DNA from: Yuukianura sp. NJ FZ-2021 | Taxonomy: Eukaryota | Assembly: GCA_046563655.1 (NCBI GenBank) | Contig: CM102289.1 | Location: 1,860,001-1,924,000 of the forward strand | DNA: 64,000 nt | Direction: 5' to 3' | Shown here: one piece after another, positions 11,701 to 24,460 of the stretch | How positions within the stretch are numbered: the first letter of the stretch is position 1 | Layout of the letters: every line of letters begins with the position of its first letter | Position numbers and translations under genes: made by a program | Notes under the pieces: model-generated | The model's database searches: none | What the model saw: only the letters and a program-made list of their open reading frames with translations | Told to the model about the DNA's origin: nothing

Positions 11701-13960
11701 TCGGGATTTGAGTTACACTCGCCTAACTTTTGCTAGCTAACTTACAACTATAATCTCAGCGGAAAATTTCGTAAAAAGTTGATAAAATTTTGAGAAAAAT
11801 TGAAAACACAAATTTCAAAATTTGTCTTCACCTCATTTTGAGTTTTGATTTTTAACATGAACTTTTCTAATTCCTTTTCTTTTTTTGTGCTAACAAAGTC
11901 GACTAATTTACTAAAATTAGTAGCAAATTTCTCAAAAAAATTGATATAAAATGTGTTTCACAAAATTGTAAGGTTCGATTTTTTTTTCTGAAAAAAATTC
12001 TAAATTGTTAACCTATCCTGTTTTTCTCATTAGCGAAAGCTCGCTCTTTGTGCAAATTCTCGAGTTGCAAATGAAAGTTTAGAGTTGCAAAAACAAAGTA
12101 CTATCACTTTTTAGTCCTTTTGAAGTTCGCGCGTTTTCCTCTTTCATTAGACAGAACTTGTTATGCCCTAGCATCCTCAAAACCTAAAAAACAGTGAGTC
12201 GAATTTACGTTTTTTCTAAACAAAGAAGCCCTTTCATGTTTTCAATTTTGAGAGGAGAGCAGGGGAGAGAGGCTCATCACGCGTCCCTTTCAATTTAGAA
12301 TTTGAACTGAAAAGCGTGTAAACTAAAAAGTGAAAATTAAAAAAATTAAACAGAAACAAGGTTCCTTTTTTAAAATGATTCAAATTTTGACACAGAAAAC
12401 AGCGTCTATCCTATTTCTGGATTCAAATTGGCAATGGCAGCCCTGTTCACAATTTGTCCAAATACAAAACAGGCTTGCATGTCAAATCCATTTAATTTAG
12501 TGTCTCTTGTGTCATCGGATTTGACTATTTGTCTGAAAGATTCATCTCTGCACTGACAAAGGAGCAAAAGAGAGGGATGAATTTCCCGGGTGACATTTGA
12601 CTCTGAATTCAAAAATTGAAAAGTGTGAATAATGAATAGTAATTGAATTTTCTAATTTGATAAAACTCCCCTTACCCTTGTGTTTATATGCATAACCCAA
12701 AATGAAAAATTAAGCCCAACTGAATTCAATCTAACATTAGCCTACAGCTTTATTTTGAAAAAAAAAACAGGAGCAGTTTTGTTATCCTACTTTACAAAAC
12801 AATTCAAAAATTTTATGGACTTACGAGGTGAAAGTGAAGATTGCCTGCCGGGGTGAATTTGGTTGAAAAGAATGCTTTTCTTGCTGATAGTTTTTGTAAA
12901 AAATGTTGAAATTTTGAATTTTCAGTTCTTCTGTGAAAGTTTTGTAAGAATGTTTAGAACATTTAGACGAAGTTGGAGTTTAGAAGGTTGTAGGAAGATG
13001 TAAACCTTGCTCTGATCACTGCTACTGCGGTGAAAAGCAAGAAGCTGACTGCAAGCAGAACGCGTCGATCAGATTCTGTTCATCAGAGTCTCTTTTTAAG
13101 TTAGCACAGAGATTGTGCTTTCACTTGCATCTGATCATGCGCAAACCAAAGTTAACACCAAGCAAGAACGACGATCTCCTACGAATTTCAGGTGTAGAGT
13201 TTGAAATATTAAAAAATATCTTTGGTATAATTTTAAAATTAAAATTTAGTCAAATTTTGAATTGAAGTATTTTCAGATTACATTGTGAGTCCATGTACAT
13301 TGTACAACACTTTTACCCTGTTTAAACACACTGTTTCGCAATGTTTACTGCGATTAGGTGATAAAATCGCAGTACAGTGCATCTATTAGAAATTAGTCAC
13401 TTTTGTACTGTTGTCTGTATATGTAGAATTTAGCAGTGCAAAAGTGACAAATTTGCATTACGACACGGTATTGTATTGGATATTTGCTACTTCTTCATTG
13501 CTATACACTACGTATACTTAGGTGCAAAAGTTACGAATTTATACTAGTACAATACATGTATACGCCAAATGTACATGAATTTTGAAGTGAACGTAACGTA
13601 AGTACTAAGTAGAGTACATAACGTTAATTACCATAATATCATTGTGCCCCATTTCAATTTCTGGCGAAACAGAAAATCAGTGGAATAGTGAGCCCTGCTT
13701 CTCGTAAACTGCCGAAGTCTGCATCGGCGAAAGTTGTTCTCCCCTCTCTCTCCTTAATTTTTTCTTGCTCTGTTCATAAACAAACTTAAACAGAGTAGAG
13801 TGTACTAACTAATAAGTAGTGACTACTTACGGAATATTGACGGCAGGTTTATTAATTTTGCGAGTGTAAAAACCTACTTCTGGAAAACATAATCTTGGGA
13901 AATAAATAATACTTTCATTGGTTTTTTCCGGGTCGCTTTGTCAATACAAAAGTTGAGAAG

Positions 13961-15668
13961 ATGCAGGAATACGGAGGGAGTTCGTGTCCCGAAGAAGGCA
14001 ATACTTTTAATTTGTCAGTTGAAGATGAAGTTAGAACCCTTCGTAGCAGCCTGGAAGTTCTGCGAGCAGAGGTGGACATGAAGATGCACATAATGGAACA
14101 GATTCTCAGCACTAGAAATGGTAAAACCTTATTAAGTAAATTTACTTCAATGTAGAAATATTCTAATTGAAATAACTTTTGTTTTCAGAACAATTCTTAG
14201 TCCAAAAGAGACTGATTGAACGGGAGCATGCACTTTATGAAAATGTAATGACACACTGGAGAAGTACTGCTGAACTAGCTGCAAATGGAAAGTCCATTCG
14301 GTACTCAAAGAGCGCACAAGACTTCCATGTTGTTGAAAACCAAAGAATGGATTCCAGTACATCGATTTCTGCCAAGCGTAGTTCAACATATGCTGCTTTC
14401 GCTTCTGACACCGAAAGGACACGGCTCCGAGCAAAGAGATTTCGAGGTATGCACGCTATACTTTTTCTGATACAGTTCTTTAGTAAGGCATAACCGAAGA
14501 TTCTTCGAAGAAATCGTGGAATGTATAACATGAAACACATTACTTTATCGTATTAGCCTCCTCATATGCATCAAGTTTCGGTGGTAAAACTGAAACTGTT
14601 ATGCCAGAACAACCTTCCGTTGAAACTCATTGGCAAGTTGACGATGACACAAATGACGACACTCTGGGAAGTGCAGATGATCTCTTGGACACGGAAGTGG
14701 AAGCTAACCCAGACTCTGGCGGAGAGTCGGATGACGCTGAATACGGTAAGATGAGAAATCACTATTGCAAATCACAAACATAAAGTTGTTGTTTTTACGT
14801 TGATCTAGCAGATGCTGATGCAATTAGCAGTGGTATGGAGAAACGCGTTTTCGTTAACTTCTATTCCGCTGACCCTTCTACTAACCCGGAAGAAGGCAGT
14901 AGTGATCCAGTTTGGATTCATTTCTTACACGAAGAAAAAGGAACGACAGCGCTCTGCAAGCATTGTGACGAAAAAGGTTTCCAGAAAATCTACAAACTAC
15001 GCACCCCAAGCATGGGAGTGTTGCGAAAACATTTAAAACGAACTCATAAAATAATTATTGAAACACCTCCTCTTCCAGTGCCCGAAAAAATTGAAACACC
15101 AGGTACTAGAGACATTGGTTTTTAAAATTAAGTGAACCTGTAGGTGTGATATGCAGTTAAATGTTAAGTATTTTTGGTTTTCTCAACTCTGTAGAAGCGG
15201 AGAAGGGACGACGTCGTATAATGCCATTCCTAAGGCACAATGATCACTTGTACACACGTTACACTCATCGAAACTTCGTAGAATACTGGCGATGTCGAGA
15301 GAAGACCTGCAGTGGCAAACTAGTCAGACGAAATGGCACTATTCAGTGTACAGGGGAACATAACTGCCTCACTACTGCCCAAGAGTATGATTTTTTTAAA
15401 TTAATTGTTTCACTCTCTTTCGCTTGAATTGTAATGTGTATTACGGATTTGCAGTTGCGACGCAATAATTTTTCGTGAAAAGATTCGGGAATTGGCAGAA
15501 ACTGAACCAACTCTTCCACCAGCCGACGTCATTGCGGCTGCCAAGGTTGGAATCCCTGAAGACGTTCTGGAGCTTGTTCCGAATGACGATTCTCTACGTA
15601 GAACAATTCGCAGAATACGACAAGCTCTCGAGTCTGCTGCAGCAACTACGGGTCCAGACTGGACATAA
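13961..15668 (+). CDS. BED zinc finger + FLYWCH-like (C2HC) protein, paralog 1
   Basis: Six exons (about 13961-14120, 14189-14447, 14557-14745, ~14809-15102, 15195-15383, 15455-15668). BED motif DPVWIHF...CKHC...LRKHLKRTH. FLYWCH-like LYTRY...YWRCREKTC...EHNC. C-terminal FREKIRELAE...VPNDDSLRRTIRRIRQ. Confidence 0.85.
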
Positions 15669-16140
15669 TTCCTCTTGGAAGATATCTCCATTTTTATAGT
15701 AGTGAAAGTTCAAATGGCTACGTAGATCTTTTTTATTTCATGCAATAATGTTTTTAACCACAACTGTATTATTAGTAGATGTACATTTTATGTATCTAAT
15801 GACTCAAAATATTCCTGCAAAAGGAAGTCGGAAAGCCCTTTGTTCAGTATTTATTATCAACCACATTACAAGAGAATTTTGATTTTCATTCTGTAAGGCA
15901 TGTATTGTAATATAAGTTGTCAGATAACGTAAAACTTGTAATAAACTTAACCCGGTTTATTCAAATTCAAAGCATTTACCACCTAACTGCAGTACAGTAG
16001 TTTCAACCTTCAAGATATGTTTTTTTAAGAAACGTTGCATAATGTGCTGCTTTTTCAATCTAGAAACTAGGCTTTCATATTTGAGACTAGGAAATAGCAT
16101 TCTAAAGTTCGACTACTGATTCGAGGTTTGCGACTGCATT

Positions 16141-18127
16141 TTATCCGAGCATGAGTGTCAAGTCGATTACCTTTGCCAGGATGACGTCGCTGATTAAAAC
16201 CAGAAAAGTACAGGGGCCAACGTCGAGCCATGGACCCATCGGAATGTTCAATACTCGAATACCCCGCAGCATTTTCTTTTCGTAGAGAGTCAATTGTGTA
16301 CTCTGCAACACATGTCTTGCCTGGCGCTCCTTTGTCTCCAGACCTACAATCGTTCTGCAAATTTGGTCCAATGCCAGCACGCCAGTTAGACTAAAAGATA
16401 CTGCTGAGGCCACGTTGATAGCTCCAGCATCATGAAATCGAATAACGTTCACGGTGCTCATAATGATGAGTCCAAGGATCAGGGCTACAGCGTACGACAG
16501 GGCTAGCGAGAAATCCCTGTAAACGTTGTTCCAAATGTACAGAGCCTTGTACCAAGAGAAATTTGCGATTCTCCTACTGGTGTCAGTCCTAAAACAAAAA
16601 TGATACTAGCCAAGGTTCCTTGACAACGAAAAGTTGTTGTTTTATTTGTTTTTAGTTAACAGGTTGGGTAATACCTCGCATGTTGACCAAAAAAACGAAA
16701 AAAAAAAAATAGTACCAATCCAAAAAATTGATATCAATTCGTATTCAAAATTTAACAAAATGGCTCCATTTCGATGACTACAATGTCCTCAAATGAGCAT
16801 CGAAAATTTTTGGCAGAATCGAAAAAACATGAGGTAGTACCCAACCTGCTAACGAAAAACAAACAAAACAACAAGTTTTTGTTGTCAAGGAACCTTGATA
16901 CTAGCAAAGTGTATACATGCGTATACAGTTTCTGTAGGTACCGTATATGTTGCATGCTATCCGTATTCTTTAAACTAACATGATTGATACGTACCGTGAA
17001 TCATGTAATGCTATGTATGCATGTATTTGTGTTATTTAAGTATTTTGCACCTATATATATTATCTATGTATCTGAGTTATCTGTATCTGATATGAGTTAT
17101 GTCTAATGTATGTATTATGTCAATATATCATTTATATGTATTCAGTCATGTATATGTTTATGTTGTACATGTTGGAAAACCATTTATCGGATTAGCATAC
17201 CCATTCATTGTCTTTGCTTCCAGCTCTACTTGTTCAAGCATGCAGGCGAACAAGGTTGTGCAAATTTTGAGAGCGACGCAATTGTAGATGACGAGTGCAT
17301 CGGATACCATCACAAATGCAACAACAATCAGGAACGCCGCCAATACTCCGTAGAATAAGTAAGACTTCGTCTTGTAGGCAACGATCTTATGTAAAATTGC
17401 AAATGCATGTAGAGGGTAATATCCAGCAAATGCAAAACTGCCCACAGAAGTTACAACAACAGCTCCCATCATGAGGGCGAACATCACTACCGTAATTACT
17501 GCAGGGTCAGTTCGATTTGCCCATTTCAACTTTAAATATTTTCCTAGACGAGAGTTTACAGGGCAAGAATTAGTGTAATCTTTTTAAACTACAATAATTC
17601 CCCGTAACAAAATATACTCTGATGGTATAATTTAATAGGACAATTAACTCTATCGAGGTATGCGCCGTAAAGTAGCGTTTCAGACAATTAATTCCCTCTT
17701 ACCGTAATTTATTATTATATGCATTGTTATAATTTTGGAAAGTATTTTTACCAAGGACGTCGTTAGTTGCGAATGCGCAGTTGAAGAATGCACAGAAGAT
17801 GTTGCCGTGCACCAGGGCCAAGACATGAAAAGCAATACAAAGTGTGAATATATAAGCCATGCTCATAGCAATGATCCGTTCAAGACGGTTGAGGTCGACG
17901 GCATACAAGTAGTCATAGAACAAAAAGGTTACTATGGTCGATACATGCAGCAAAATATGGACTGCCGAAACGACGTGATTCAAAATGCGAAGTCCTTTCC
18001 AATTTTTATTGACAACTCCAAGATTTTGACGGTTTTTGGTATACTCTAACTTGAAACTTTGGAGGCCTAAATAGTACGCCCCGTTGATGAATAGAATGCA
18101 TCTCAATGTCTGACTGCACAGAAACAT
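16141..18127 (-). CDS. Divergent multi-pass membrane protein (chemoreceptor-like), 3-exon family member 1, about 388 aa
   Basis: Exons 18127-17752, 17543-17201, 16588-16141 splice in frame (phase 1 and phase 2 introns). Multiple hydrophobic segments. C-terminus IPMGPWLDVGPCTFLVLISDVILAKVIDLTLMLG. Confidence 0.7.
16611..16897. mobile_element. MITE with 8-bp TSD (hAT-like)
   Basis: TIR CAAGGTTCCTTGACAAC / GTTGTCAAGGAACCTTG and perfect flanking duplication ATACTAGC (16603-16610, 16898-16905). Lies in intron 2 of the 16141-18127 gene. Confidence 0.9.
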
Positions 18128-18809
18128 GTTTGAGGCTTTCGAACTCCCAAAATTTTGGTTTCAAAATGCCATGCATAGGAGATAGGACGTGATGCTTCCA
18201 ACACCACAGTTTACCTGGTAATATTTAAGTTTTTCCATTAGAAAAGGATGGTAATTCCATCAATTAATAGTAATGAAACAATATCGAGTCGTCTTGAAAT
18301 GGAAAGGAGGAAACGAGAAGAGAAAATGTTGTAAATTTTTTCCACGAGGCATGAGGTAACCACAGTGTTTTTAAATATTCCAATGTGAATTCTATTAGAA
18401 AATGGGCTTTTAACCATTTGGGCGTAACTACAACCTCCGGTCTAGCATATTTTTTGCCATTACAGTAAATTAATCATAAACCCTCACCGGTCGCATATCT
18501 TATTATTTACAACAAAACTGGAAGAGCCTATGGCAAAACTGGAAGAGCCAGTTTAAAAAAATAGGGTTTTGGCAGTGGTGCTGATGTGAATTGTGAATTT
18601 TATTTTTAAAAACTTGAAAAATTCCTAGGTGTTTTTTTTTGTTTGATTTTGATGAACATTAGTTTCCCGATGAAAATGCAATCGCAATTTCATGAACAAT
18701 CAAATGAAACCTCAAAATTCGCGTGTTAATTCCCATAAGGACTTTCAAAATTTTGATTTTTTTTTATTGAAATTTTTTGTTTAGAAATTTTTTAGAAAGT
18801 GGTCAGCGC

Positions 18810-19741
18810 CATACCCACTCCTCGTCCATTGGGCCTTACACAAGAAGTGTGGAGGGTCTTAGGCAAGACAGTTGCAAAACACGACAAAGTAAACACGCGT
18901 ACTATTGAAGAATTAAGTATTTGTATAACGTTTATTTGTTATTATAAATGATATAATATAAATTAATAATATAAATATGTTTTTCATATTTATTTAAAAA
19001 TTTTTGAATTTTAATATAAAAGACAAACATACACCTGCCAATAATGGCAGGTTGAGAATTTAAGAAGTTATAAGGTTTTAAAGTAAGTAGATTTCGTTCA
19101 GTTCTTTTCCGGAGGGCAGCGTGCCCTTATATAAATATAATTATTATTCAATAAAATAAATTCTAAAAACTAGAAAATATGGATTTCTTTTTTTCTGACA
19201 AATGACATTCTAGAAAATTATTTTTCGACAAAACAATGTCATTGTTTGACCCCCACTGAAGAACTGGAACGAACGAACGAAATCCAACCATATTTCCAAA
19301 ACTTCGAATTTAATAAATCACTCTTGAATTTCTAAAAAAAAAAAAACTGGAACGAAATCTTGAAAAAACTTACAAACCAGCAAAACTAACGTCCCAATAT
19401 AGGAAAAAAAACTAGAAGAGGGCCCCTTTCTTTCCAGTAGTAGAGTTTTTCTAACGTCCAAACTGGAAATAGTTTTTCTCTTCTTTTGCTTCGAGAAATA
19501 CAATGGAAAGAGTTGTTTCAAGGTTTAAATCTTAAAACAATTTTTTTTTCTTCCAAATTTACTTTTTGCTTAGGGGATGCACAAGGAATGCGCAAAATAT
19601 GAAAAAATTAACATAAATATAGCGTACCAGTTATTTAACTTCGAAATTTAAGTGTGGGTAAACTTTTAGTGTTTTGCAACTTTCTTGCCTAAGACCCTCC
19701 ACACTTCTTGTGTAAGCCCCAATGGGCGAAGAGTAGGTATG
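18810..19741. mobile_element. Non-autonomous DNA transposon, about 75-bp TIRs, 8-bp TSD (hAT- or P-like)
   Basis: TIR CATACCCACTC...CTTACACAAGAAGTGTGGAGGGTCTTAGGCAAGA...GTTGCAAAACAC is mirrored at about 19670-19741. Perfect TSD GTCAGCGC (18802-18809, 19742-19749). AT-rich interior with no ORF. Confidence 0.9.
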
Positions 19742-20155
19742 GTCAGCGCAACAAGAGAGCTTAACTGGGGTCATTTGAGGTCATTTGGAGCATACATTTT
19801 GGTTGAGTCTATGGTGCGAATGTTGCGACTCCTTGCGACCGTAGCTTGTCTCCGTAATTGTGTAGCATACTCAGAGGATTAGTGTTACCCCAAGGAGAAA
19901 AAAAACAAAACATTGATTTTATCTAAATAAATCTGCCCGTCATATTGAAACATGAACATTTATTAATGTTAGTTAAGTTAGATTGATTGTTGAACGCGAA
20001 GACCTGGTTAATGACAACCATTTTTTTTTGATTGGTAAGTATTGAATTCCGCTGGTGAAAGTTAGCTATTGCCGTCGAGCTCGACGCCCGCCAATCGTTG
20101 GGATTGGGAAGACTAACTAAAATTCATTCACCGTTCCATCGACCCTTAGCCCAAT

Positions 20156-21711
20156 ATGGATGAATCAGTTGACGATAAAGTTCGTGACCTCCAGAAGAGT
20201 CTGGACCTACTTCGGGCAGAAGTGGACATGAAGATGAGCATCATAGAGCAGATTCTCAGCACTCGGAATGGTGAGGTTTAAGCGACAACTTTTAAACTTG
20301 CACGGAACTGTTCGTCAATAATAATTAGTTAATTTTTGTAGAGCAATTCGTGGCACAGAAGAAGTGGATCGAACGAGAACATGCTCTATATGAGAATGTT
20401 TTAGGTCATTGGAAGCACGTTACCGGTCTTGCCGCAAGGGGACACTCCATTCGCTACTCCAAGCAAACGCAAGACTTCCAGGTTGTGGAAAGCCCTAGGC
20501 AACATGTACTTCCAATGCTCATGAAACGTTCTGTATCAACAGCAGGGTTGAATTCCGAAACAGATCGACGTATCGTCCGAGCAAAACGCCTCAGAAGCGC
20601 TAATACAAGTATTAAAGCAAAGAACAGTGGAAAATCAGTTTAATTTGTTAAATTTTAAACGGGTTTTTGATGTTCTTGAAGCAGGAGAAGAAGTTCAAGA
20701 CGATACAGAACCCACCTACCATGTCGAAGTTAGCCATGATGTAGATGAGTTTGACGACACACAATTAGACACGAACTCTGTTGGAGATTCAGAGCCTGAA
20801 TATGGTATTCTACGAAAACCTTCGCAATCGTTTCGAATTTAACAAATCGTTGTGCGTACAAATTATTTAGGTGATTTCGGTGATGGACTAGAAAAACGCG
20901 TATTTCTGAACTTCTACTCCGAAGAACTAACAAATCCGGACGAGGGAAGTAGTGACCCTATTTGGTTACATTTCTTACGAGAAGAGAAAGGTCAAACTGC
21001 ACTTTGTAAACACTGCGATAATCAAGGCTTCCAAAAAATTTATCAACTGAAAGTACCAGGGATGGCGGTCCTGCGAAGGCATCTGAGGAGGATTCACAAA
21101 ATTTTTATTGAAGCGCCACCGGCTCCCCCTTCTCCTGAAGTAATCGAACCTCTGGGTACGCTATTTAACAGTATCAGCTCAACGTTTTCTTTTTTTCACA
21201 ACTTTTTTCTATTGTTACTTTACAGACACGAGTCAGCCTCAGTTGCGTAGAGTCACTCTTCTAAGACACAACGATTACTTGTACAAGCGTTACAAGAAAC
21301 GTAATCAAACGGAGTACTATCGATGTCGGGACTCTGATACTTGTGGAGGCAGACTCATACGTCGAAATGGACTACTTCACAACACTTCTGAGCATTCCTG
21401 TCTTACTACCGCCGCAGAGTAAGCAGTGTATTGTGCAGAATCTCATACCTTTGCATCTGGAATCTAATCCGACCATGAATGCCTCTCGTTTATCTAGTTG
21501 CGATGCTGCGGAATTTCGCGAGAAGATACGATCAATGGCGGAAACTTCGCCTCTTCCTCCAGCAGACATTATAGCACTAGTGAAAACTGGGTACTCTCAA
21601 GATGTTCTCGCACTTGTTCCAAATGACGATTATCTACGAAGAACTATTCGTAGAATCAGACAAACCATGGAATCGGTCACCTCTGCTAACAACCTCAACG
21701 ACTGGAGTTAA
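20156..21711 (+). CDS. BED zinc finger + FLYWCH-like (C2HC) protein, paralog 2
   Basis: MDESVDDKVRDLQKSLDLLRAEVDMKMSIIEQILSTRN; BED motif DPIWLHF...CKHC...LRRHLRRIH; LYKRY...YYRCRDSDTC...EHSC; FREKIRSMAE...VPNDDYLRRTIRRIRQ. Same exon layout as paralog 1. Confidence 0.85.
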
Positions 21712-22393
21712 TTGATGATTGAGAGGAGCAAAGCAAGAGGCGTGTCTTGATTTTATTATTAGGCAGGTAGGTTCGTTTTAATTAGATAGAAACTAAAGTT
21801 GTAAATTGCATTTGGTTTTAGCAAGATTTTCACGGATGTGCACCTAGGTAATTTTTAACAGATCATCATTTTTTCTTTCCTTTTTTTAACTACTACTTTT
21901 TTTTAAATTTGATTTTGACAAAGTAGATTACTTGTAGACTTTCAACCGTTCGTTTTTACGCAAATAATGTTTTAATCACGTAAGAATAAATTACTAATTA
22001 AGATTCATCTCTCTATTAAGGTAAGGTTAGGTTGAGATGTGTAGAGATGCGTGAAGCCCAGAATGAATTGGCGCAAATCTTAACCGTTCGATTTGTTGTG
22101 GAGTTTTGACATCAGGAGAGAGAGAGAGCAGAGCAAAGTTTATAAAGTTTGTTTTGGAATTCTTCGATTGATTCGGATTGGATTGGATTAAAACCTAATT
22201 TATTTCAAATTTGTCCATCAAGCAAAAGTAAAATTACTCACTCGCATTCATCGGTTACATCAATCGACAAGGTAATCAATTGTTTCTTACCTCAATCATA
22301 ACCGAAACAATTTAAACAGCTGTGGTTCCGGAACTGACTTTTTTTTTATCCGTGAAAAGTTTATTAGGTGATTCAAATCTTAGACAAATCGCG

Positions 22394-23994
22394 ATGGACC
22401 CAGTAGAGGATAAAGTTCGTGACCTACAGAAAAGTCTAAACATCCTGCGAGCAGAAGTGGACATGAAGATGAAAATCATGGAGCAAATTCTGAATACTCG
22501 GAACGGTAAGCTTAATAATTTGCAATATACGTACTACGATTTATATCAATTTGTTGTTTTTTAGAGCAATTTGTCGTTCAAAAGAAACTGATTGAAAAAG
22601 AGCATGCACTATATGAAAACGTCCTCAATCATTGGAGAAATACTGCTGAACTGGCAGCCACCGGGCATTCCATAAGATACTCTAGCAACTTACAAGATTT
22701 CCAAGTTGTTGCATACGCAACCCCAGACTCCGAATCTCCTTCGACGTCGACAAAACGAAGCTGCTCGTCAGCGTTTGCCGATCGAGCACGACTTAGAGCC
22801 AAGCGTTTAAGAGGTTATTAGCTAAATGACACAGCGAAGATGTTGAGAAATGAGACTTTGTGTATCTTATGAGACTTTGTGTATAGGTTCACTGGCAGAA
22901 GCCCCTCCGTTACAGAAGACTGAGACGATGCCAGAAGACGAATCACTGGCAGATCCAGAAGTTCATTGGGACATTGACGAATCCACAAATGACAATGATC
23001 CTTTGGGAAACATGGAAGATCAACGGTTCAGTGAGGTTGAAGGGAACTCGGGAGGAGAATCTGACGACGGTAAACTAATCAAAAACGTTTTTTCTTCTAC
23101 ATTGTCGTCATCATCGATTGGCGGAGTAACGTTTTTGTTTTACAGACGCAGACGAGTGTACTGGTGAAAGCGGATTTCAGAAACGTGTTTTTGTCAACTT
23201 CTATTCCGCTGACCCTGCAAATCCAGAAGAAGAAAGCAACGATCCAATTTGGCTTCACTTTCTGCATGAACAAAATGGAGCGGCTGCTTTGTGCAAGCAC
23301 TGTGATAAACGTGGGGTACAAAAGATCTACAAATTGGGAAATCCATCCTTCACTGTACTTCGCAAACATCTCAAGCGGAAGCACAGAATTATCGTGGAAG
23401 CTCCACCAGCACCACCGCCAACATTTATAGCAGAACGACCAAGAACCCAAGCATGTAAGCACACGTTCAAGCAGTAATTTTTTCAGCAGCAAAACCTTAC
23501 TTGATTCAAGTATTTTTTGTATTTTAGTATACAGCATACTCGGATTCCGGAAGTTCCATATCCTGAGACACAACAACTACTTGTACCAGCGATATTTCGT
23601 TAGAAACAGCACAGAGTACTGGAGATGCCGTGAATTTGAAACGTGCAGCGGCAGACTAGTCATGCGGAACGGTGTAATCGAGGAGACTTCCGAACACTGT
23701 TGTCTTACTTCTCCAGCAGAGTAATTTTGAAAAACGTTTTGTCACAAGTGAATTACGACTTGAATTTTTCTCTTTTTCTTTTACAGTTGTGATGCTGCTG
23801 AAATTCGTCAGAAAATTAGAGACATGGCCCAAAATAATCCAGAACTTTCGTCTGCCGAGATAATTGCTGCAGCTAAACTTGGATATGACCAAGACGTTAT
23901 AAATTTATGCCCGAACGATCACTCCCTTCGAGCAACAATACGTCGAATCCGACATGCCATGGAAGCTGGACCAAGTGCTGCTGATGCGGACTAG
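22394..23994 (+). CDS. BED zinc finger + FLYWCH-like (C2HC) protein, paralog 3
   Basis: MDPVEDKVRDLQKSLNILRAEVDMKMKIMEQILNTRN; DPIWLHF...CKHC...LRKHLKRKH; LYQRY...YWRCREFETC...EHCC; IRQKIRDMAQ...CPNDHSLRATIRRIRH. Stop TAG at 23992-23994. Confidence 0.85.
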
Positions 23995-24460
23995 TTGCAT
24001 GGTTTGAAATTTTAACTTTTACTTAAAATTCAGCATTGTATTAGCCTTTTCTTGGCTTTTTAAGCACCTCTCATAAAAAGAGAAACAAATTAGCGTCTGT
24101 GACTGTGAGTCAAACTTAAGTTGATGTTTTAATTAATCACAACTGTTTGCTAGTGTACCCGTGTAGTATCTTGCGATAGAATGCTAATTGTGATCGCAAT
24201 TTCGAAGTTTTTTAATGTACTAGTTAGTTTAGTCGAGTTTTGCAATTTTTATTAGCTGTCAAAGAAAGTATGAAAACACAAGTAAACAAAACATAAACAT
24301 TTGTTACTGAATCAGAACGTAACTTGCTTAACTTTATGCTTCGTGGTTTTTGACAAGTTGTTGAGTTGAATAGGAATTGAGTAAATATTTGCGCAGTTTA
24401 ATAAAGGCTGGAATTCTGAATGTGGAAATACTGTTACGTTGTGAACTTAACTTTGCATTG

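Noticed and set aside
8876..12612. Short ORFs between the methyltransferase and the BED/FLYWCH gene
   Set aside because: No recognisable protein features; consistent with chance ORFs.
16900..17170. TATG/TATC-rich stretch and overlapping plus-strand ORFs
   Set aside because: Low-complexity intron sequence and antisense shadows of the minus-strand gene.
13961..23994. BED/FLYWCH genes as autonomous hAT or Mutator transposases
   Set aside because: Each stops after the helical tail with no DDE/RNase H domain, and no enclosing TIRs or TSDs were seen.
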